Assembly (NCBI GenBank): GCA_963805975.1
Contig: CAWDVR010000004.1
Span: 288,001 to 352,000 of the forward strand
DNA: 64,000 nt
Direction of reading: 5' to 3'
Source of the DNA: an uncultured Acidobacteriota bacterium
GTDB lineage: Bacteria > Acidobacteriota > Thermoanaerobaculia > Multivoradales > SZUA-115
Positions 30,674-39,430 of this stretch are shown here, one piece after another (position 1 is the first letter of the stretch; the number at the start of each line of letters is the position of its first letter). Below the pieces are notes generated by a model, which saw only the letters and a program-made list of their open reading frames with translations, did no database searches and was not told the DNA's origin. A program made the position numbers and the translations under genes.

Positions 30674-33244
30674 TCAGTGTCGATAGGCGAGCGAGAGCGG
30701 GGCGACCTCGGCCGGGTCGTCGCCGGTAAAGAGCAGCCTACCCTCCTGGTACCGCGCGTCCTTCAGGGTGAGCGCCAGCACCTCTCCCAGCTCGGAGACC
30801 GGGTGCACCTCGATCGAGTCCCGCACCTCCTGCGGCAGATCCTCGAGGTCGGCCTCGTTGGCCAGCGGCAGGACGAAGCGGCGGATGCCGGCGCGCACCG
30901 CGCCCAGGATCTTCTCCTTGACACCACCGATCGGCAGCACGCGGCCGGAGAGCGTCACCTCGCCGGTCATCGCGATGTCCGGCCGCACCGACCGGCCCGA
31001 CAGCGCCGAGATCAGCGCCGTCGCCATGGTGATGCCCGCCGACGGGCCGTCCTTGGGGATGGCACCGGCCGGCACGTGGATGTGGAGATCGCTCTTGAAG
31101 GCGTCCTCGTCGATGTGCAGCGGCAGGGCGTGCGAGCGCGCGTAGCTCCAGGCGGCGCGCGCCGACTCCTTCATCACGTCGCCCAACTGGCCGGTCAGCA
31201 CCAGCTCGCCCTTGCCGCGCATGGTCGACGCCTCGACGAACATGATGTCGCCGCCCACCGGCGTGTAGTACATGCCGGTCGCGACGCCGATCTGCTCTTC
31301 CTGGGAAGCGTGCTCCGGGTGCACCTTGGGCCGGCCGAGAAGGGTGCGGACCATGGCGGCGTCGGCCACCACCTGCGACGTTTCCGCGGCGGCGATGCGG
31401 CGCGCCACCTTGCGCGCCACGCGGCCGATCTCGCGCTCGAGCTGGCGCACGCCGGACTCGCGCGTGTAGCTCGCGATGAGCGGCGCGAGCCCTGAGTCCT
31501 CGAAACGAAGCTGATCTTCGGAAAGCGCGTTCTCCTTGAGCTGCCGCGGCACCAGGTACTGGCGGGCGATGGTGAGCTTCTCGCGCTCGGTGTAGCCGGA
31601 GAACTCCACCACCTCCATGCGGTCGAGGAGCGGCGCCGGAATGTTCTGGATGAAGTTCGCCGTGCAGACGAACAGCACCTCTGAGAGATCGAACGGGATG
31701 CCGAGGTAGTGGTCGGTGAACGAGTCGTTCTGCGCCGGGTCCAGCACCTCGAGCAGCGCCGCCGCCGGGTCGCCGTGGAAGGAGGCGCCGAGCTTGTCGA
31801 CTTCGTCGAGCAGGAAGACGGGGTTCCTGGTCCCCACCTGTTTCATGCCCTGGATGATGCGGCCCGGCATGGCCCCCACGTAGGTACGGCGGTGGCCGCG
31901 GATGTCGGCCTCGTCGCGTGCGCCACCGAGCGAGATGCGCACGTACTTCCTGCCCATGGCGCGGGCGATCGACTTGGCGATCGAGGTCTTGCCCACGCCG
32001 GGCGGGCCCACGAAGAGGAGGATCGGGCTGCGCCGCGACGGGTCCTCGGGATCCTTCGCCACGGGCGCCACCGGCTGAGGTTCCACGACCGGCTCATCTG
32101 CGATCGGCTCCTCGCTCGCCGCGATCGTTTCCTCGCGCGGCTCGGCCGGAGCGTCGTCCATCTCGTCGTCGGCCTCGGCAACAGCCGCCTCGGCCTGTTC
32201 CCGTTCTTTCTGCGCCGCCTGCCGCAACTGGCGCACCGCCAGGAACTCGAGCACGCGGTCCTTGACGTCGCCCAGGGCGTAGTGGTCCTGGTCGAGAATC
32301 TCGGCCGCCTGCCCCAGGTCGAGGGACTCCTCGTCACGCTCGTTCCAGGGCAGCTCCGACACCGTCTCGAGGAAGGTGCGAATGACCTGCGACTCCATGC
32401 CCTCGCGACCGATGCGCGACAGGCGCCCGAGCTCCCGGTCGACCTCCTTCTTCGCCGTCGGCGGCAGGTTCAGGGCCTCGAGGCGCTCCTTGAGCTCGGC
32501 CACGTCGTCGCCGCCGTCGCTCTCGCCGAGCTCCTTCTGGATGGCCTTCATCTGTTCGCGCAGCAGCATCTCGCGCTGGCGCCCGCCGAGCTCCTCCTGC
32601 ACCTTGGACTTGATGTCCTCCTGCGCGTCGAGCACCGCGAGCTGCTTTTGCACGTGCACCAGCACGCGCCGCAGCCGCTCTTCGACGGAGAGGATCTCGA
32701 GCAGGTTCTGGCGTTCGGCGATGGTGCCTTCCACGTGGGCGGCCACCAGATCGGCGAAGCGGCCGGGGTCCTCGACGCTCGACAGCACCTGCTGCACGGC
32801 CTCGCGCGGCAGGCCGGACTTCTGGCCCAGCTCGGCCGCGCGCTGGTGGAGCTCGCGGTAGAGGCCGACGTAGCTCGGATCGTCCAGCTTGAGCGGCGGC
32901 ATCTCCTCGGCCACGCGCACCACCGCCTGGAGGTAGCCCTCCTTCTCGACGATGCGCACGGCGATGCCGCGCTCCTGGCCGTGAAGCAGCAGATGGACGC
33001 CGGAAAGACCACGTTGCAACTGGTCGAAGCGGGCGATCGTGCCGATGGTGAAGAGGCTCTCGGGGGAGGCCTTGTCGGTCGCGTCGCGCTGGGCGACCGC
33101 GAACACCATGCGGTCGGTCTCGCGGGTGGCGACCTCGAGCGCCTTCAGGCTCGCGGGTCGGCCCACGCCGATGGGAAGGGTGACCTGCGGAAAGACGACG
33201 ACGTCTCGCAGGGCGAGGACGGGCAGGGTGAGCGTCTCGGTCAT
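30674..33244 (-). CDS. lon: Lon protease (endopeptidase La)
   Basis: LON N-domain, GPPGVGKT, RGHRRTYVGAMPG, LLDEVDK, PKDGPSAG, IGGVKEK. Confidence 0.97.
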   Translation of the reverse strand: MTETLTLPVLALRDVVVFPQVTLPIGVGRPASLKALEVATRETDRMVFAVAQRDATDKASPESLFTIGTIARFDQLQRGLSGVHLLLHGQERGIAVRIVEKEGYLQAVVRVAEEMPPLKLDDPSYVGLYRELHQRAAELGQKSGLPREAVQQVLSSVEDPGRFADLVAAHVEGTIAERQNLLEILSVEERLRRVLVHVQKQLAVLDAQEDIKSKVQEELGGRQREMLLREQMKAIQKELGESDGGDDVAELKERLEALNLPPTAKKEVDRELGRLSRIGREGMESQVIRTFLETVSELPWNERDEESLDLGQAAEILDQDHYALGDVKDRVLEFLAVRQLRQAAQKEREQAEAAVAEADDEMDDAPAEPREETIAASEEPIADEPVVEPQPVAPVAKDPEDPSRRSPILLFVGPPGVGKTSIAKSIARAMGRKYVRISLGGARDEADIRGHRRTYVGAMPGRIIQGMKQVGTRNPVFLLDEVDKLGASFHGDPAAALLEVLDPAQNDSFTDHYLGIPFDLSEVLFVCTANFIQNIPAPLLDRMEVVEFSGYTEREKLTIARQYLVPRQLKENALSEDQLRFEDSGLAPLIASYTRESGVRQLEREIGRVARKVARRIAAAETSQVVADAAMVRTLLGRPKVHPEHASQEEQIGVATGMYYTPVGGDIMFVEASTMRGKGELVLTGQLGDVMKESARAAWSYARSHALPLHIDEDAFKSDLHIHVPAGAIPKDGPSAGITMATALISALSGRSVRPDIAMTGEVTLSGRVLPIGGVKEKILGAVRAGIRRFVLPLANEADLEDLPQEVRDSIEVHPVSELGEVLALTLKDARYQEGRLLFTGDDPAEVAPLSLAYRH

Positions 33245-33422
33245 GTCGATCCTCTCGATCGCGAAGAAGGGCCGCCCGACCCCCTGGGGGCATGGGCGGC
33301 CGACGCCTATCGAGAACGCCGACAGAGAAGGTGTTATTCCGAGGTCTTCGCGCCTCGCACTCAGGTTCGCGCGAAACCGGAAGAACCTGAGCGCGAATGA
33401 CTACAATTTTCCTTGCGAGTCA

Positions 33423-35888
33423 TCATCCGGCCGGCGGCTCGATGGGCTCCTCGACCTCGTGCTCCGGCGCGTCCGGGGCCGGTGTGCTCTCGGCGCGTGG
33501 AGGGCGGGGTGGGTGCGGTGTCGCGTGGTCGCGGTGGTGGTTGCGCGAGCGATCGAGGTCCATCCGGGTGCGCTCGAGCTCGTGCACGGCACGCTCCAGG
33601 CTCTCGCGGGCCGCTCGCCCGGCCTCGGCCGTGGCCTGATCGATCGCGCTCCGGGCCTCTGCCAGCGCGCGGTCGATCTCGGCCTGGGACAGCTTGCCGC
33701 CTCGCGCCAGCTCTCGCTCGAGCTCGCCGCGGACCTGCTGTTCGATCACCTGCCGCTGCCCGGCGAGCTCACGATCGAGGCCGGCCAGATGACGCCGGAT
33801 CTCCACCTGCTGGCGGTCGAGGTTTCTCCTCACCTCGACCAGCGCCTGCCGTTGCGCGTCGGCCACGGCGTCTTCGATCGCCTCGCGCTGGTCCGCGAGC
33901 GAGTCGATCGCCTGCCGGCGGGCGTCCTCCATGGCGTCGTGCCGATACTGCTCCGAAGGGTCGTGGTGCGCGCGCGGCGCACGAGCGTCCCGGCCCGGCG
34001 GGCGTGGGGTGTAAAGCTCACCGGACCGGCGCTCGGACATCGACTCCGCCAGGGCCCGCGTCTCGGCCGCCATCTGCGCGACCTTGGCGGGCGAGCGGCT
34101 GGCCTCGGCGGCGCGGGCCGCGCTCGCCTCCACCATGCGGTCGTGCTCCTCGATCGAGATCGCGTCGGCGCGTAGCGCGACGCGCGCCGACTGCCGCAGC
34201 AGCCGCGTCAGCTCGACGGCCGGGACTTGGCGCGCCGCAGCCAGGGCCTCCATCTCATGAGCGATGGCCGCCAGCTCGTGCCCCGGGTGCCAGGCGCGCG
34301 GAGCGCGTGGCGTACCCGGTGCGGGAGGAGCCGGCGGTGCCCCGGGCGCTGGTGGAGCCTCGGGCGGCGGTGTCGCCTCCGGCGCGTGGCCGGGGGGAAG
34401 CGCGGCTCGCGGTGCCCGCGGTGCTCGCGGCGAAGGCGGAGCCATCGGGGGAGGTGGCGGCGAGCCCCAGGCCTCGGCGATCACGGGGTGCGGCGCCGGT
34501 ATTCCGGGCAGCGGCGCCATGCGTTCGATCACAACGGGCTCGATCACACCGGGGACCTCCGGCAGATCTCCGTCCAGGGGAGCCAGGGCGGGCAGCGCCT
34601 CGGGCAACGCGTGGAGCTCGATCGGCAAGACCTCGGGCATCGGTGCCAGCGGTTCGATGATCTCCAGCCGGGGCAGCTCCGGCTCGGGCGCCGCCGCGGG
34701 CTCGGGCATCGCTTCCGGCACAGGCCAGGCGATCTCCTCGCTCGGTGCCACCGGTTCTACGACCGGAACCTCTTGCGGCTCGGATGCGCCGCCGGCGAGC
34801 GTCAGGCCCGGCGCGAAGGCCACCACCGCCGTCAGCACCAGGGCCGATGCCGGCAAGGCCCAGCGCGGTACCCCGCGCTCGCCGGTGACCGTGCCGCTCG
34901 CGAGCAGACGCTCGATGCGCCGCGCCAGGTTCGACCGGCTGCGGCCCATGGCCGGCACCGGCAGCTCGGAGTACCGGTCCTTGACCAGCCAGGTGGCGAC
35001 CTCGGTCAGGGAGCGGGCGAGATCCTTGCCGCGCCCCGTGGCGCGGGCCGCCCAGTCGTCGCAGTGGAACTCGGAGAGCTCGAGGAGGCGGCGGCTCGCC
35101 AGCCGGTGGAGAGGCTGGAAGAAGAACAGCGCCTCCACCATCCGCAGGCCGGCGAGCCACAGTGGATCGCGCCGTACCAGGTGCGCCACCTCGTGGGCCA
35201 GGATGCCCTGCTGCAAGGTGGGGTGAAGCGAGGAGACGGCGCGTTCGGGCATGCAGATCTCCGGGCGGGCCAGGCCGCGGGCGAAAGGCACCGCGAAGCG
35301 GCGCGTGGAGGTGAGGCGCACGGCGCGACCGGCGAGGGCCGGGGCTGCGAGATCGTCGAGCATCTCGGTGAGCGGTCCACCGGCGATCGGCCGGCGGCCG
35401 GTGAGCCGGCGCCGGAAGGCGATCCAACCCGCGGTGAGGCGGATGGAGAAAAAGGCGGCGCCGGCAGCCCACAGGGCGAGGAGCAGAGCGGGCAGGGTCG
35501 ACGGGCTTCGTCCGAAGCCGGACGAGGCTCGCGGTGCGGGCCTGGCAGCCGTCGGCCGCAATTCGATCGCCGTGCCGCTCGCGAGCGGCATGGCCGTGAG
35601 CTCGGCCAGCGGTGTGATCGCGGCCGGCTGCTCGATCGCCGTGCGGGCTGCCGGGGGGGTGACCGGAGCTGCGGCCAACGCGCCGCCCAAGGCGAGCTGC
35701 AACGAAGCGGTGATCAGGCCGCCCGCCAGGGCCGAGCGCCAGATCCATTCCTCGGCCGCCGTGTTCCTGCCCGCGAGCCAGCGCGAGGCGAGCCAGGCCG
35801 CGCCCAGGAGCACGGTGCTGTGCACCAGATAGTTGACGAGCCAGGCTGCTGCCACGCCCGTCCAGCCGTTCGAGCTCAGTGCGTGCAT
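33423..35888 (-). CDS. M56 (BlaR1-like) membrane metallopeptidase with Pro-rich and coiled-coil C-terminus
   Basis: AHEVAHLVRRD, FFFQPL, EFHCDDWA, LARRIERLL. Lies 1 nt downstream of a BlaI-like gene. Confidence 0.88.
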   Translation of the reverse strand: MHALSSNGWTGVAAAWLVNYLVHSTVLLGAAWLASRWLAGRNTAAEEWIWRSALAGGLITASLQLALGGALAAAPVTPPAARTAIEQPAAITPLAELTAMPLASGTAIELRPTAARPAPRASSGFGRSPSTLPALLLALWAAGAAFFSIRLTAGWIAFRRRLTGRRPIAGGPLTEMLDDLAAPALAGRAVRLTSTRRFAVPFARGLARPEICMPERAVSSLHPTLQQGILAHEVAHLVRRDPLWLAGLRMVEALFFFQPLHRLASRRLLELSEFHCDDWAARATGRGKDLARSLTEVATWLVKDRYSELPVPAMGRSRSNLARRIERLLASGTVTGERGVPRWALPASALVLTAVVAFAPGLTLAGGASEPQEVPVVEPVAPSEEIAWPVPEAMPEPAAAPEPELPRLEIIEPLAPMPEVLPIELHALPEALPALAPLDGDLPEVPGVIEPVVIERMAPLPGIPAPHPVIAEAWGSPPPPPMAPPSPRAPRAPRAALPPGHAPEATPPPEAPPAPGAPPAPPAPGTPRAPRAWHPGHELAAIAHEMEALAAARQVPAVELTRLLRQSARVALRADAISIEEHDRMVEASAARAAEASRSPAKVAQMAAETRALAESMSERRSGELYTPRPPGRDARAPRAHHDPSEQYRHDAMEDARRQAIDSLADQREAIEDAVADAQRQALVEVRRNLDRQQVEIRRHLAGLDRELAGQRQVIEQQVRGELERELARGGKLSQAEIDRALAEARSAIDQATAEAGRAARESLERAVHELERTRMDLDRSRNHHRDHATPHPPRPPRAESTPAPDAPEHEVEEPIEPPAG

Positions 35889-35889
35889 C

Positions 35890-36270
35890 TCAGCCCTCCT
35901 CTTCTTTCTCGGCGATGGTGGCTTTCAAGGCGGCCAGCTCGCTGGCGTCGATCTCGTACTCGGACAGCAGGTGGCTGACGAGCGCCGCGGCGTCGCCGGC
36001 AAAGAAGCGCGCCGTGAGATCGCTCACCATCGACTGGCGCACCTCGCTCTCGGACACCCGCGGCTGGTAGATGAACCGCCGGCCCTCGGTGCGATGGCCG
36101 ACGATTCCCCGGGCTTCCATCTTGGTCAACATGGTGGCGATCGTGGTCAGCGCCAGGCCGCGTTCCTCCTCGAGCTGCTGGTGAACGTCGGCAACCGACG
36201 CTTCACCGTGCTGCCAGAGAACGCTCAGGATGGCGTGCTGGAGATCGCCGAGGCGGTGGGGGGTAGACAT
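35890..36270 (-). CDS. BlaI/MecI/CopY-family repressor
   Basis: LGDLQHAILSVLW, LALTTIATMLTKMEARG, GRRFIYQP. GGAGG RBS. Confidence 0.92.
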   Translation of the reverse strand: MSTPHRLGDLQHAILSVLWQHGEASVADVHQQLEEERGLALTTIATMLTKMEARGIVGHRTEGRRFIYQPRVSESEVRQSMVSDLTARFFAGDAAALVSHLLSEYEIDASELAALKATIAEKEEEG

Positions 36271-36293
36271 GATCGGTGGTCCTCCCTGTCTCA

Positions 36294-36331
36294 ACTACCT
36301 GGATAGTACTACCGCGCTAGTTGAGAGTCAA
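36294..36331 (-). promoter_or_regulatory. blaI-M56 promoter with two tandem BlaI-type operators
   Basis: TTGACT-17-TACTAT. The 14-bp sites ACTACCTGGATAGT (36294-36307) and ACTACCGCGCTAGT (36308-36321) cover the -10 and spacer. Confidence 0.8.
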
Positions 36332-36382
36332 GAGGGGACTGACTGAGTTACGCGAGATGGCAGGCGGGGTTGCTGGCCGGCC

Positions 36383-36640
36383 TCACTGCCGCGCGGCGAC
36401 CTCGGCGAAGACGGCGCGGAAGTCCGTGGTCACCGGCAGGTCCCGCTGCGCGTCCACATGGCTCGCTCTCTCTCGAGCCTGCTCAGCGGCGCTGGAGCTC
36501 GGGCGAGCCGAAGATGGCGCTCACGATTTGTTCGATCGATGTGGGGCTCGGCGCGGTTGCGTGTGTAGATCGAGAAGCTCGCGCGCGTAGTTCTCGTTGA
36601 GCCCTTGCGGTACGCGTCGTCGTCGCCGCGGACCCCGGGG
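36383..36640 (-). pseudogene. Collapsed relic of a DUF1800-DUF1501 gene pair
   Basis: Consecutive out-of-frame fragments GLNENYARELLDLHT, AIFGSPELQRR*, MWTR and RDLPVTTDFRAVFAEV. Confidence 0.7.
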
Positions 36641-36719
36641 AGCGGAGCGGGGAAGCTTGGGATGCGAAAAGGGGAGAGGGAACCTTGGTGCCGAGCCGGG
36701 AGACCCGACACGAGTGAGG

Positions 36720-36763
36720 GGCCGGAGCCCGGCCTTCCGTTGCCGAAAGACCGGGCTCCGGCC
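36720..36763 (-). terminator. Hairpin downstream of the histone-like gene
   Basis: GGCCGGAGCCCGG...CCGGGCTCCGGCC 13-bp stem, with no adjacent U-tract. Confidence 0.5.
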
Positions 36764-36777
36764 TCGTTGCAAGCTGC

Positions 36778-36927
36778 TTACTTCGCCTTCTTCGCGGCGG
36801 TCTTCTTGGCAGCGGGCTTCTTGGCGGCGGCCTTCTTCGGCGCAGCCTTCTTCGCTGCTGCGGGCTTCTTGGCGGCGGCCTTCTTCGGCGCAGCCTTCTT
36901 CGCGGCGGGCTTCTTCGCAGTGGCCAT
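36778..36927 (-). CDS. 49-aa Lys/Ala/Pro-rich histone-H1-like protein (absent from the ORF track)
   Basis: GAGGAG RBS. Sequence MATAKKPAAKKAAPKKAAAKKPAAAKKAAPKKAAAKKPAAKKTAAKKAK followed by TAA. Confidence 0.85.
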   Translation of the reverse strand: MATAKKPAAKKAAPKKAAAKKPAAAKKAAPKKAAAKKPAAKKTAAKKAK

Positions 36928-37088
36928 AGTCTTTCTCCTCTAGAGTTGGCGGCGCGATCAAATCTCGCGTCGCAGTACCACGAAACTTCCCTCGGCAAAA
37001 AAAGAAGCGCCGGGCTCGAGGACGTCGTGCTGCGCGACCTCGTGCCATGCGCTTCCTAGACAGAATGTTTTGCTCATCGGTGAGAAAA

Positions 37089-37117
37089 ACTGTAAGGCAC
37101 TCTGTCAAGAGAGTCAA
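37089..37117 (-). promoter_or_regulatory. Sigma70-type promoter upstream of the histone-like gene
   Basis: TTGACT-17-TACAGT in an AT-enriched patch. Confidence 0.65.
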
Positions 37118-37308
37118 TCACTCGAAACGCACTTCGCGAGGTGTGCGCCACCGAGGAGCTCGCACCGCGCATGGAGCGACGAGGAGAGCTGCGAGCTTTC
37201 ATCGAGAAAATGGCTGCAACGTCACACTCGCGTGCATCGCGCTCCGGCACGTGCACCAACGACGCGCGCGCCGGAACACGCGCATCCACACGCGTTCGAG
37301 CGCGGCGT

Positions 37309-38379
37309 CTACAGACCGGCGGGAGTGAGTGAAGAGAGCGGCGGGTGATAGCCGACGCGTAGTGCGAGCTTCGCAGCGGCGCTCGTGAGCTCTACCTCGA
37401 CCTCGTCGGAGTGCGTTTGGCGCGCGGTGCGGTCGAAGACGGCGCGGCGGGAGAAGCGCAGACGAGTGTCCGCCGAACGTGCGCCGGAGAGCGGCACGTC
37501 GAAGCCGCCCTCGACGACGACCTCGCGCTCGCTCACCGCGCTCACGTGGAAGAGTGCACTGCCACCACCCTCACCGAGGAGCTTGCCGCGCACCTTGGGC
37601 GCCAGCGTCTCGAGCACGCGCCGCGCTGTCTCCGCGACGCGCTCTTGCCCGAGCGCGTACGAGCTGCCGAGCGCCGCGGCGCGCTCCGCGTCGTCGTCCG
37701 GGAAGAGCGGCAGCGCCAGGAGATCGAGAGCGGCGGCGAGCGCGTGGTAGGTGTGCGGCTCCCAGGGAAAAGGCCTTGTTTCGCCGTGGTTCCAGAACCA
37801 GTAGCCATGCGGCGGAGCGCGCTTCGCGGCCTCGGCCTGCCGCCAGGCCGCGAGGTGAGCGTCGAGGTCGCCGGGCAGCCAGCGGTCGGTGAGCCGATCG
37901 ACGGCGCTGGTCACGCGGCCCGAGCGCGCCACCTCGACGAGGAAGCGTCCGCGCGGCGGACCGATCACCACGAAGGCGAAGCTGCCGTCGAAGGGCAGGC
38001 GTGCGAGCCCGGCGTCCGCGAGGCGCCGATGCTGGTCGCGGCCGAGGCGGTCGACCTCGTCGCTCGCCTGCGCGAGCGCTTCCCAGCTCGGCTCGGCGAG
38101 CGTGACCACGGCACCGAGCTTCGCCTCTTCGCCGAGCGGTCCGGCAGGGTCGACGGTGTAGAGCTTCCATGCCGGGGCGAGAGGCTCGAGCAAGGAGAGC
38201 CGCACGCCGCCATCACTCTTCCTCTCACTTTCCATCAGCAGGCGCGCCGCGGCGCGCACCGTGGCGTCGAGCGCCGGTGTCTCGACGCGCGCGTCGAGCT
38301 CGAAGGAGAGCTCCACCGTGTACGGCGGTGAAGCGGCGGCGGCCAGCGTCGTGCCGAGCACCCACGCCGCGGCGAGCAC
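37309..38379 (-). CDS. Hypothetical exported protein
   Basis: Open frame directly after DUF1684 with a signal-peptide-like N-terminus. No family recognised and the start is uncertain. Confidence 0.55.
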   Translation of the reverse strand: MLAAAWVLGTTLAAAASPPYTVELSFELDARVETPALDATVRAAARLLMESERKSDGGVRLSLLEPLAPAWKLYTVDPAGPLGEEAKLGAVVTLAEPSWEALAQASDEVDRLGRDQHRRLADAGLARLPFDGSFAFVVIGPPRGRFLVEVARSGRVTSAVDRLTDRWLPGDLDAHLAAWRQAEAAKRAPPHGYWFWNHGETRPFPWEPHTYHALAAALDLLALPLFPDDDAERAAALGSSYALGQERVAETARRVLETLAPKVRGKLLGEGGGSALFHVSAVSEREVVVEGGFDVPLSGARSADTRLRFSRRAVFDRTARQTHSDEVEVELTSAAAKLALRVGYHPPLSSLTPAGL

Positions 38380-38384
38380 GCTGC

Positions 38385-39311
38385 TCAGTGCGGAGCGCCC
38401 CACATCTTCTCGCCCGCCTCGATCCGCAGCTCGAGCTTGTTCTGGCGCGGCGGCAGTGGGCAGGTGGCGTAGGGCGTGAACACGCAGGGAGGGTTGTAGG
38501 CCTGATTGAAGTCGAGGACCGCCTTGCCGCCCTGGGCGGCAGGCACGGACAGAAAGCGCCCACCGCCGTAGGTCTCGTGGCCGTTGGTCGCGTCGCCGAA
38601 GACCAGGAAGAGATCCTGGCCCGTCTCGCCGGTGGGCTCGAGCCGATAGGTCTCGCCGCCGCGTTCGAAGACCACGGCGCCGGGCGAGGTCTCGTCGAAG
38701 TCGGTGCCGATGATGTTGGGCACCTTGATCTTCTTGGGCGGATCGTAGGGCTCGAAGCGGGCCTCGATGCGCCACGAGGGGTCGACGGGGAAGCTCTCGA
38801 TGCCGGTGAAGCCCGCGAGCACCGGGCTCTCCTTGTCCTTCAATCGGATGCCGAGCTTGCCCGGCCGCTCGAGCACGTGGAAGGTGAGGCTGCCGATCGA
38901 GAGCAGGGTGGGCTTGCCGCTGGCGTCGGCGGCGAGCTCGATCCGCGGCGCGGTGATCTCTTTGCCGTCGGTCTGGAGGCCGGTGCCGGGAAGGGCTTCG
39001 AGCGAGACCTTCGTTCCCTGGCGATGGAAAGTGCCGAGCCGATCCGGCGCCTTGCCGGCGGGAAAGACCAGAGTGTTGTCCGGCGCCGAGCCGAAGGTGC
39101 TGGCGCCCTCCTCGAGCCAGAAGAGGCCCGCCAGGGTGAGCCAGCCGTTCTCACTCCTCAGGCTCTTCTCGCGCTCGGCACGCCACGCGTCGATCTCCGC
39201 GCGGTGTTCGGCATCCGTTGGCGCGGGGGGAGGCACGGGCGCCGGTGAGCACGCCGTGAGGGAAGAGACGGCAAAGGCGAGGAGAAAGACGCGCCGCAGG
39301 TGGGATCTCAT
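38385..39311 (-). CDS. DUF1684 domain lipoprotein
   Basis: LTAC lipobox, GWLTLAGLFWL, FGDATNGHETYGGGRFL, LDFNQAYNPPCVFTPYATCPLPP. Confidence 0.92.
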   Translation of the reverse strand: MRSHLRRVFLLAFAVSSLTACSPAPVPPPAPTDAEHRAEIDAWRAEREKSLRSENGWLTLAGLFWLEEGASTFGSAPDNTLVFPAGKAPDRLGTFHRQGTKVSLEALPGTGLQTDGKEITAPRIELAADASGKPTLLSIGSLTFHVLERPGKLGIRLKDKESPVLAGFTGIESFPVDPSWRIEARFEPYDPPKKIKVPNIIGTDFDETSPGAVVFERGGETYRLEPTGETGQDLFLVFGDATNGHETYGGGRFLSVPAAQGGKAVLDFNQAYNPPCVFTPYATCPLPPRQNKLELRIEAGEKMWGAPH

Positions 39312-39430
39312 GGCGGAAAGTCTACCAGCCCGCGCTTGCGTCCCGGCCGCGCACCCAGGCTAGAATCTGGCGCTCGAAGCACAAACCTTTCAGCCGACCG
39401 CGGCCTGGCCGCCGTCCCGAGGAACCGACG

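Noticed and set aside
33355-33396. CIRCE (HrcA) operator upstream of lon
   Set aside because: Only a GCACTC half-match is present and the spacing is far from 9 nt. It is better read as a plain hairpin.
36780-36920. Tandem DNA repeat (GCCTTCTTCG-like units)
   Set aside because: Fully explained by AKK codon repeats of the histone-like gene.
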